A DNA stretch of 64,000 nt from Ilyomonas sp. (lineage in GTDB: Bacteria > Bacteroidota > Bacteroidia > Chitinophagales > Chitinophagaceae). The translations under genes and the position numbers were made by a program. The first letter of the stretch is position 1, and every line of letters begins with the position of its first letter. The notes beneath the pieces are model-generated. The model was not told the origin of the DNA, did not search any database, and saw nothing but the letters and a program-made list of their open reading frames with translations. Below, in pieces: positions 51,700 to 59,502 of the stretch. The DNA is taken from assembly GCA_965199905.1 (NCBI GenBank), contig OZ241366.1, positions 3,242,981-3,306,980 of the forward strand, in the 5' to 3' direction.

Positions 51700-51940
51700 C
51701 TGTTGTAGTATGTATTTAATAATACTTATTTATATAAAATACCTATTACTATTACGGGTGTGTATATCGTGATAACTTACTTATACACACAGTACAAAGG
51801 TACTTAACTGATGTGTTTTCCACATGTATGTTAACATAAGCTGATTTCAACAAATCAGTTGTAATAACAGCTTAGCCTGTTTATCAACAATCCAAAAATT
51901 TAATGCCGGATTTGTTCATATTCCGCTATCCACATAAAAT
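51700..51940. other. Putative chromosomal replication origin (oriC)
   Basis: AT-rich tract 51706-51755 followed by DnaA-box-like 9-mers: TGTGTATAT 51759, TTATACACA 51781 (perfect TTATNCACA), TTTTCCACA 51816, TTATCAACA 51881, CTATCCACA 51926; divergent intergenic gap near parS and mnmG. Confidence 0.7.
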
Positions 51941-52133
51941 GCACTGTTGGTTAAGAGAAGAAAAATGGTGAGTAGTTTTCTCTTTTTCCGCATTCCAGGC
52001 AAAAGACGGTTATTTGTTCTACCAGTTTCCACAAAGCAAAAGAGGCGCAGGCAGCGTTTTACACCAAAAACCGACCTTATTCACATGGAGTGTGAAAAGA
52101 GAAAATCATTTTTTTCACTATGAAATACAAGAC

Positions 52134-52649
52134 ATGAAAAAATCCATAGTATCCTTTTTGCTTTTTACAGGCATAAGCGTTTTTATAACGGGCTGTTTGA
52201 AAGACAACAGCAATGCTACGCCGGCTATTGATTGCGACGGAATCACCATAACAGCACCTGTGGGCGAAATCTCTACCCTGAAACAACGTCTCGATTCACT
52301 CGGAATTCTTTCAACACAGCAAGACCCGCACGGCTTTTTTTATAGTATGGATTCTACCAAAGCGACTGATTCAGGGGTTCATGCCACGCCTTGTTCCAAT
52401 GTAGCCGTTACTTACAGCATTGCCCGGCTGGGCGATACTGTTTTCGAAAGGTCAGATTCTGTTATCGCTATTTCCTTGCCTCTCACCAATGTAATAGGAT
52501 TAAAAGCAGCCCTGCCTTTAATGAAAAAAAGAGCCACTATGACGCTCTATCTGCCGCCCAGCTTGGCTTACGGAACCTCTGGTTATAAAACCGTTCCGGG
52601 CAATACTTACATGACTTTTACCATCACACTTTATGATTTTTCAAACTAA
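52134..52649 (+). CDS. FKBP-type peptidyl-prolyl isomerase lipoprotein
   Basis: Lipobox VFITGC; VIGLKAALPLM...LYLPPSLAYG...VPGNTYMTFTITL. Confidence 0.8.
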   Translation: MKKSIVSFLLFTGISVFITGCLKDNSNATPAIDCDGITITAPVGEISTLKQRLDSLGILSTQQDPHGFFYSMDSTKATDSGVHATPCSNVAVTYSIARLGDTVFERSDSVIAISLPLTNVIGLKAALPLMKKRATMTLYLPPSLAYGTSGYKTVPGNTYMTFTITLYDFSN

Positions 52650-52719
52650 TATAACAACGGTCCTTATTACATTATATTTATTACCCCATAACGATTAACG
52701 GATCATTTAAATAATGCAG

Positions 52720-52863
52720 AATGCAGTTTTGATAGCCATCGTCAGTCACTTTTGTGGTCAACAGTTGTTGCCATTCCTGCTGCTTCTACACGCAGGAATG
52801 CTTCCATCAAGGTTCAGGGCAATAAGGGTGATTTTACCAAAGCGAATAAGAAACAGCCATTTC
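52720..52863 (+). repeat. Modular dispersed intergenic element, copy E
   Basis: TTTTGATAGCCATCGTCAGTCACTTTTGTGGTCAACAGTTG + hairpin CATTCCTGC..GCAGGAATG + GTTCAGGGCAATAA + AAAGCGAATAAGAAACAGCCATTTC. Confidence 0.85.
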
Positions 52864-52879
52864 AAAAGATTTATCACCC

Positions 52880-53283
52880 AAAAAATCGGTAACTAAAGAA
52901 TTTACTTTTTTCCCAAAGGATGATGTGCTTTTTGCAAAGATTACACCTTGTATGGAAAATGGCAAAGGTGCTTTGGTGCCGGATTTAACGAACCAAATTG
53001 GTTTTGGCCTGATGAGTCTAAAATCTTACCTAAGATTCTTTTCCATTTTACCCAATGGAAAGAACTGCGATTGTCAGCAGAAAAATCAATGACTGGAGTT
53101 TCTGGTGATAGAAGAGTACCAAAATCATTTCTTGAATCTTATGAAATTCCCGTTCCTCCGTTTCCCGAGCAGCAAAGAATTATTTTTGAAATGGAACAGA
53201 TAGAACAGTAAATCAAAGCATTAGAGCTAACACTCAATGATATACTGCAGCGGAAAAAAAGTGATTATTAAATATTTGAATTG
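52880..53283 (+). pseudogene. Restriction-modification specificity (HsdS-like) domain remnant
   Basis: TFFPKDDVLFAKITPCMENGKGAL...QIGFG, then frameshift to ...SMTGVSGDRRVPKSFLESYEIPVPPFPEQQRII...EQ* and a further shift; 5' part absent. Confidence 0.8.
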
Positions 53284-53351
53284 ATAACAGGTTCTGCTTT
53301 TTTAAGGCAATTCATTTGAAAAAAACAACCAATTCGCGCAATTTTGCAGAC

Positions 53352-54575
53352 ATGGCAAAAGCGAAGAAAACAGCGGTAAAGAAAGCCGAAACCACCTCGG
53401 CGCTGGCAATTACAAAAAAGGGAACCGAAAAGTTAAGCTCTAACCAGGCTGCCTTTAATAAGCTGGCAACCCGCATTGAAAAAATCCGGAAAGAAATTGA
53501 GCGAAAAGAAGCACAACTTGACGAAGCTGTGATTTTGTACGGGCAAACCGTGCCGCCTTTGGAGGACGAGGTCATCCGGCAACGCCACCAGTTATTGTTA
53601 CTGATGTATCCGTTTTACCAGCAAAAAAAACTGCCTAAAACCCTGCATCCGTACCTGAAAGATATGCTGCAAAACTTGATAAGCGACGTGCTGCAAAACA
53701 GTCCCGACGAAGCCGATGACGAGTTGAAGGCCATCTTTACGGAACTGGAAGGCGAAGACTACGAAACCGTTTTGAAACGGGAAGAGAAGGAGATGGAAGA
53801 GGAAATGCGGCAGACTTTTAAAAGCTTTGGTGTGGATATGAACTGGGAGGAAGACACGAAGCTGAGCGAAGAAGAAATGACACGCAAACTGCACGAGTTT
53901 CAGCAACAGGTGCAGGAGAAGAAAGCCGAAGAGCAACGCCGCTGGAAAGAGCAATATAAAACCCGCCCGAAAACGGCAAAACAGGTAGAAAAAGAAAAAG
54001 CGGAACAGGCGGCGGAACAAGCAAAGCAGAAAAACATCAGCACCATTTACCGCCAGTTGGCAAAGCTGTTTCACCCCGACCTGGAACAAGACGAAGACCG
54101 GCGCATGGAAAAGGAAGTGCTGATGAAGCAACTGACCGAAGCCTACGAAACTAAAAACCTGCACACCCTGCTGATGCTGGAGCTGAAATGGATACACAAT
54201 GAAACCAATCACATAGAAAGTTTGACTGAGGAAAAGCTGGGCGTGTATCTCGATATTTTGCGAAGCCAGGCGACAGAATTGGAGACACAAAAATGGCACA
54301 TTCTTCAACAGCCGAGGTATGGCTTTTTGGTAAAGCGATATGGTTTTCGGCCACTAACTTATCCTGTGAAAACTGTAAAAGAAAACATTAATGATCTACA
54401 ATTGCAGAAAAAAGAAATAGACACAGATATTGCGGGTTTACAGGGACAGCAGGCTGCACATTATTTAAAAAATATTGTGCAGGACTGGAGAGACAATCAA
54501 AAACTCCTGCAGCAGAGTGAACATGATTTGAACAACATCCTGGGTATGATGTTTTCAAATGGTGGTAAGTGGTAG
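53352..54575 (+). CDS. Coiled-coil protein with internal J-domain-like segment
   Basis: IYRQLAKLFHPDLE...MKQLTEAYE (HPD motif, helices II-IV) in a Glu/Lys-rich 400-aa helical protein. Confidence 0.75.
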   Translation: MAKAKKTAVKKAETTSALAITKKGTEKLSSNQAAFNKLATRIEKIRKEIERKEAQLDEAVILYGQTVPPLEDEVIRQRHQLLLLMYPFYQQKKLPKTLHPYLKDMLQNLISDVLQNSPDEADDELKAIFTELEGEDYETVLKREEKEMEEEMRQTFKSFGVDMNWEEDTKLSEEEMTRKLHEFQQQVQEKKAEEQRRWKEQYKTRPKTAKQVEKEKAEQAAEQAKQKNISTIYRQLAKLFHPDLEQDEDRRMEKEVLMKQLTEAYETKNLHTLLMLELKWIHNETNHIESLTEEKLGVYLDILRSQATELETQKWHILQQPRYGFLVKRYGFRPLTYPVKTVKENINDLQLQKKEIDTDIAGLQGQQAAHYLKNIVQDWRDNQKLLQQSEHDLNNILGMMFSNGGKW

Positions 54576-54667
54576 TAATGTTCTACAAATAAGGGAATAG
54601 CCAAAAAGCATTTACAGAAAATGACTTTTGGTTTATACCAAGTTTATAAGTAAAAAGTAAAATTGAT

Positions 54668-57352
54668 TTACTCCACCACCGGGCGCAGCCACTTTTCCGC
54701 CATGTCTTCGTCCCAGCCTTTGCGTTGCTTATAATCCTCATATTGGTCTTTTTGTATTTTACCAATACCAAAATATTTGCTTTGCGGGTGGCTGAAATAC
54801 CAGCCGCATACAGAGCTGGCAGGATACATAGCCAATGATTCAGTAAGTGTAATTCCTGTTTGTTCCGACGCATTCAGTATATGAAACAGTTTGAATTTTT
54901 CGGTATGATCCGGACAAGCCGGGTAGCCGGGTGCAGGACGAATACCCACATATCTTTCCTTGATTAATTCTGCATTATTTAGCTCTTCACTCTTTGCGTA
55001 TCCCCAATATTCAGTACGCACTTTTTTGTGAAGTAGTTCTGTAAACGCTTCCGCAAAGCGGTCTGTTAGTGCCTGCAGCATAATTTTATTGTAGTCATCG
55101 TGCTGTTCCTGGAAATGCTCAATGTGCGGTTCAATGCCATGAATGGTAACGGCAAACGCACCCATATAATCCTGTGTTTCATGTGAAACAGGTGCTATAA
55201 AATCAGCTAACGAGATGTTTGGTTCTGATGCTGTCTTCTTAACTTGCTGGCGCAAAAATTCAAGATTAATTTGCTCATTATTGTATTCAACTAATAGGGT
55301 ATCCGGGGCTGATTTTTTTGCCTTATAAAAACCTATTACTGCTTTTGGTGTGAGCCATTTTTCTGCGATGATAGTATCAAGCAAAGCATTTGCATCGTTG
55401 TACAATTTGGTAGCTTCTGCACCAATTACGGCATCGGTTAGCAGGTCGGGAAAACGTCCGCCCAACTCCCATGAAATAAAGAAAGGCGCCCAGTCTATAA
55501 ACTTGCGTATCTCACTTAAATCATAATCATCAAACGACTTTGTACCAAGGAAAGTTGGCATTGGCGGCTCATAATTTTGCCAGTCAACCTTTACAGAATT
55601 TTTCTGCGATTCGGCAAAAGAAAGATAAGGCTTTGCTGTGCGCTTGCTGGCAAAATCGTCGCGCAGCTTTTGATATTCTTTTACAATACCACCGAGATAA
55701 TCGGGCTTGTTTTCTTTGTTCAATAATGTGCCGGCAACTGTTACGCTACGCGATGCATCGAGCACATGCACAACTCCATTTTGATATTCCGGAGATATCT
55801 TAACAGCGGTATGCATACGGCTTGTGGTGGCGCCGCCGATGAGCAAAGGTTGTTGCATATTGCGGCGCCTCATCTCTCGCGCTACGTTCACCATTTCATC
55901 AAGTGATGGCGTTATTAATCCACTTAACCCGATGATGTCAACGTTCTCTTTTATAGCAGTATCAAGTATTTTATCGGTAGCAACCATTACGCCCAGATCG
56001 ATGATATCGTAACCATTACAAGCCAGTACAACGCCTACAATGTTTTTACCAATATCATGCACATCGCCTTTTACCGTAGCGAGTAAAATTTTTGCCGCGC
56101 CGCCTTGTTTTGCATTTGGATTGTTCTTCTTTTCTTCTTCAATAAACGGTGTGAGCCAGGCAACGCTTTTCTTCATCACGCGCGCGCTTTTTACCACTTG
56201 TGGCAGGAACATTTTACCAGAACCAAACAAGTCACCCACCACGTTCATACCGTCCATCAGCGGACCTTCAATTACTTCAAGCGGACGAGGATATTGTTGT
56301 CGCGCTTCTTCCGTATCTGCATCTATATAATCGGTAATGCCATTGACCAACGCATGCTTTAAACGCTCTTTTACAGGCGTGTTGCGCCAGGCATCATCTT
56401 TCTTTATTTCCTTGCCTTTGCTCTTTACTGTTTCCGCAAATTGAATGAGCTTTTCTGTGGCTTCATTGTTAGTATTGTTGCGATTGAGGATTACATCTTC
56501 GCAAAGCTCTTTCAGCTTCGGTTCTATTTCATCGTATACCACAAGCTGACCGGCATTTACGATGCCCATGTCCATACCTGCTTTAATGGCATAATACAAA
56601 AACACGCTGTGCATCGCTTCGCGCACCGGCTCATTGCCACGAAACGAAAACGATACATTACTTACGCCACCACTGATTTTTGCGAGTGGCATTTTTTGCT
56701 TGATGGTACGTGTGCCTTCAATAAAATCAACCGCGTAATTGTTGTGTTCTTCAATGCCGGTGGCTATCGCAAAAATATTAGGATCGAAAATGATATCCTG
56801 CGGTGCAAAACCCACTTCATTTACTAATATATCATACGCTTTGGAACAAATGGTAATGCGCCGTTCGTATGTGTCGGCTTGTCCCTGTTCATCAAACGCC
56901 ATCACCACTACAGAAGCGCCAAAGCTTTGACAAATAAAGGCCTGCTCAACGAATTTTTCAACACCTTCCTTCATTGAAATGGAGTTGACAATACACTTGC
57001 CCTGCACACATTTCAAGCCGGCTTCTATCACCGAAAACTTAGAGGAATCTATCATCACCGGGATCTTCGCAATATCCGGCTCGCTTTGCAACAAATTTAT
57101 GAACGTGGTCATGGCCTGTACGCCATCAAGCAGGGCATCGTCCATGTTCACATCTATCACCTGCGCGCCGCTTTCTACTTGTTGCCGCGCTACGCTCAGG
57201 GCTTCTTCGTATTTGTTTTCCTTGATGAGCCGCGCAAACTTTTTACTGCCCGTTACGTTGGTGCGCTCACCAATATTGATGAAGTTTGTTTCGGGACGAA
57301 TAATCAGAGGCTCTAAGCCGGAAAGACGCAAGTAAGGTTTGATCGAGCTCAT
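54668..57352 (-). CDS. metH: Cobalamin-dependent methionine synthase, pterin / B12 / reactivation domains
   Basis: [28 protein letters not shown]12 motif, [22 protein letters not shown]. Confidence 0.96.
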   Translation of the reverse strand: MSSIKPYLRLSGLEPLIIRPETNFINIGERTNVTGSKKFARLIKENKYEEALSVARQQVESGAQVIDVNMDDALLDGVQAMTTFINLLQSEPDIAKIPVMIDSSKFSVIEAGLKCVQGKCIVNSISMKEGVEKFVEQAFICQSFGASVVVMAFDEQGQADTYERRITICSKAYDILVNEVGFAPQDIIFDPNIFAIATGIEEHNNYAVDFIEGTRTIKQKMPLAKISGGVSNVSFSFRGNEPVREAMHSVFLYYAIKAGMDMGIVNAGQLVVYDEIEPKLKELCEDVILNRNNTNNEATEKLIQFAETVKSKGKEIKKDDAWRNTPVKERLKHALVNGITDYIDADTEEARQQYPRPLEVIEGPLMDGMNVVGDLFGSGKMFLPQVVKSARVMKKSVAWLTPFIEEEKKNNPNAKQGGAAKILLATVKGDVHDIGKNIVGVVLACNGYDIIDLGVMVATDKILDTAIKENVDIIGLSGLITPSLDEMVNVAREMRRRNMQQPLLIGGATTSRMHTAVKISPEYQNGVVHVLDASRSVTVAGTLLNKENKPDYLGGIVKEYQKLRDDFASKRTAKPYLSFAESQKNSVKVDWQNYEPPMPTFLGTKSFDDYDLSEIRKFIDWAPFFISWELGGRFPDLLTDAVIGAEATKLYNDANALLDTIIAEKWLTPKAVIGFYKAKKSAPDTLLVEYNNEQINLEFLRQQVKKTASEPNISLADFIAPVSHETQDYMGAFAVTIHGIEPHIEHFQEQHDDYNKIMLQALTDRFAEAFTELLHKKVRTEYWGYAKSEELNNAELIKERYVGIRPAPGYPACPDHTEKFKLFHILNASEQTGITLTESLAMYPASSVCGWYFSHPQSKYFGIGKIQKDQYEDYKQRKGWDEDMAEKWLRPVVE

Positions 57353-57358
57353 ATTCTA

Positions 57359-57451
57359 TTTGCCACGAAGGCACTAAGTCACAAAGTAAATCTTGAGAAA
57401 ACGAATAAATAAAAAGTCACAAAATTTCTTTGTGACTTTAAGTCCTTATGG
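57359..57451. repeat. Long imperfect inverted repeat (GCCAC-family copy 3)
   Basis: TTTGCCACGAAGGCACTAAGTCACAAAG...CTTTGTGACTTTAAGTCCTTATGG, between the two metH halves. Confidence 0.75.
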
Positions 57452-58501
57452 TTACACCAATTCCTCTTCCACCACCGGTAATTTTCTCGGCACAATCTTT
57501 CTTACATTCTCGGCAATGTGCTTAATATGATCCGGCGTGGTACCGCAACAACCGCCCACAATATTTACAAATCCTTCCTTCGCCCAATCTTCAATGAAAT
57601 GTGCTGTCTCGTGCGGTTGCTCATCATATTCACCCATGGCATTTGGCAAACCTGCATTGGGATACGCCGATGTATAACAAGCCGCAATTTCACTCAACTC
57701 GGCAATATGACTGCGCATTTCCTGCGCGCCGAGAGCACAATTTAAACCAATGCTTAAAGGCTTTGCGTGCATTACCGATACATAAAAAGCTTCCAGTGTT
57801 TGCCCGCTTAATGTGCGTCCGCTGGCATCGGTAATGGTGCCGCTGATCATAACCGGCAAGGGTTTTTGTTTTATATCACGGAAGTATTTTTTTACGGCAA
57901 AAATGGCTGCCTTTGCGTTGAGTGTATCGAAGATGGTTTCAATTAATAACACATCAACACCACCATCAACCAAACCCTTTATTTGTTCGTAATAAGCATT
58001 GGATACATCATCGAATGTAACGGCGCGATAACCGGGATTGTTTACATCCGGCGACAGTGACAATGTTTTATTCATCGGGCCAATAGCGCCCGCAACATAC
58101 TTCTGGTTGGTGGTTGATGGTTGATGGTTGGCAGTAAATTCTTCAATCGCTTCTCTTGCACATTTGGCAGCCGCTACATTCAGCTCGTAAGCAATTGCCT
58201 GCATATCATAATCTGCCTGCGCAATAGAGGTGCTGGAGAAAGTATTGGTTTCTAAAATATCCGCACCCGCAGCAAGGTATTCTTTATGTATCGCCTTAAT
58301 GATCTGCGGTTGCGTAATGCACAGCAAATCGTTATTCCCTTTTACATCGGTATGCCAGTTGGCAAAATGCCCGCCGCGGTAATCTTCTTCTTCCAGTTTA
58401 TAGCGTTGGATCATGGTTCCCATGGCACCATCAATCACCAAAATGCGCTGCTCTAAATCACTGTAAATAGAGCCTTTTTTACCGGACAAAATATCATTCA
58501 T
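57452..58501 (-). CDS. Homocysteine S-methyltransferase domain protein (N-terminal half of split MetH)
   Basis: [60 protein letters not shown]. Confidence 0.95.
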   Translation of the reverse strand: MNDILSGKKGSIYSDLEQRILVIDGAMGTMIQRYKLEEEDYRGGHFANWHTDVKGNNDLLCITQPQIIKAIHKEYLAAGADILETNTFSSTSIAQADYDMQAIAYELNVAAAKCAREAIEEFTANHQPSTTNQKYVAGAIGPMNKTLSLSPDVNNPGYRAVTFDDVSNAYYEQIKGLVDGGVDVLLIETIFDTLNAKAAIFAVKKYFRDIKQKPLPVMISGTITDASGRTLSGQTLEAFYVSVMHAKPLSIGLNCALGAQEMRSHIAELSEIAACYTSAYPNAGLPNAMGEYDEQPHETAHFIEDWAKEGFVNIVGGCCGTTPDHIKHIAENVRKIVPRKLPVVEEELV

Positions 58502-58618
58502 ACATCATCCTTTTTTTGATGAAAAATACACAGCTTTATACAATGTTGTGTTGTTGTATATCTGTGGTTCAACCCAAACTATAAACGAATGGAAAACTGT
58601 AAAGAGAGAGTTTCGTAT

Positions 58619-58674
58619 CGTTTATTAGTTCAGCTTTTTTCGGCAGGCGGAACAATAAACAAATCTTCCTGCGG
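58619..58674 (-). ncRNA. SAM-II-type riboswitch (inferred)
   Basis: Minus strand GCAGG-AAGATTT-GTTTATT-GTTCCG-CCTGC-CGAAAAAA-GCTGAA-CT-AATAAAC: P1 GCAGG/CCTGC, GAUUU, pseudoknot GTTTATT/AATAAAC, GCUGAA; heads the metH leader. Confidence 0.75.
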
Positions 58675-58677
58675 GTG

Positions 58678-58685
58678 CAAAGATA
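58678..58685 (-). promoter_or_regulatory. Bacteroidota sigma-70 -7 box for the metH transcript
   Basis: TATCTTTG (TAnnTTTG) directly upstream of the riboswitch P1. Confidence 0.65.
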
Positions 58686-58690
58686 TATGA

Positions 58691-59311
58691 TTATCTATTG
58701 GAAATATAGCTGCCCACCGGTAAGCGGTTGGTCAGGCTCCGGGCTAAAGTAAGTTCATCGGCATATTCCAGTTCGCCACCGAAAGCAATGCCACGGGCGA
58801 TGGTTGTCACTTTACAAGGAAGTTGCTGTATCTTTTTTTGAATGTAATAGATTGTTGTATCGCCCTGTATGTTTGGGTTTAAGGCAAACACCAGTTCTTC
58901 TGTTTCTTCCTCGCCTACACGATTAATTAAAGACTCAATATTCAACTGGTCAGGACCAATGCCATCAAGTGGTGAAATAACACCACCCAGCACATGATAT
59001 GTACCGCTGAATTGCTGCGTGCTTTCAATGGCAATCACATCACGAATATTTTCAACCACGCAAATCAACCGCTGGTTGCGCAAAGGGTTAGCGCATATAG
59101 CGCATACTTCCCCGTCGCTCACATTGCTACAGCGTTTGCAAAACTTGATTTCGGCACGCATCTTCGTAATCGTCTCACCAAAATGAGCCACTTCAGGCTC
59201 TTCCTGTTTTAACAAATGAAGCACTAAACGAAGGGCTGTTTTCTTACCAATACCGGGCAGTTTTGCAAATTCATTTACCGCATTTTCCAACAGGTGAGAA
59301 GCTAATTGCAT
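58691..59311 (-). CDS. recR: Recombination mediator RecR
   Basis: LPGIGKKTA HhH, C4 Zn finger, ICVVE, YHVLGG.ISPLDGIGP Toprim, IARGIAFGGELEYADELTL. Confidence 0.97.
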   Translation of the reverse strand: MQLASHLLENAVNEFAKLPGIGKKTALRLVLHLLKQEEPEVAHFGETITKMRAEIKFCKRCSNVSDGEVCAICANPLRNQRLICVVENIRDVIAIESTQQFSGTYHVLGGVISPLDGIGPDQLNIESLINRVGEEETEELVFALNPNIQGDTTIYYIQKKIQQLPCKVTTIARGIAFGGELEYADELTLARSLTNRLPVGSYISNR

Positions 59312-59406
59312 AGCTTACAAAGATATAAAACGAGGCAGCCTTTTGCAAGGAAATAAGGTGGTTTTACAAGGCTGCAAGAGGGATTAACAAAGCGTTTTTT
59401 GAAGAA

Positions 59407-59500
59407 GCTGTCAGCCATCAGGAGTCAGCTTTTAACTTTTGAAAGAAGTAGAGAGAAAGCATTATTTTTCTGGTAGCTGATGGCTGAAAGCTGACAGCCA
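59407..59500. repeat. Pair of oppositely oriented heptamer arrays
   Basis: gtcagcc atcagga gtcagct ... gctgatg gctgaaa gctgaca gcc. Confidence 0.7.
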
Positions 59501-59502
59501 AC

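Noticed and set aside
52650-52710. dif-like site near the skew switch
   Set aside because: AT-rich but lacks recognisable XerC/XerD arms.
9075-52863. Modular element as integron attC sites
   Set aside because: AAC core not conserved (AGC in two copies), arms do not pair with each other, copies are in both orientations, and no integrase is present.
54668-58501. Split metH as a pseudogene or novelty
   Set aside because: Both parts are intact with own start and stop; a two-gene MetH is known in Bacteroidota.
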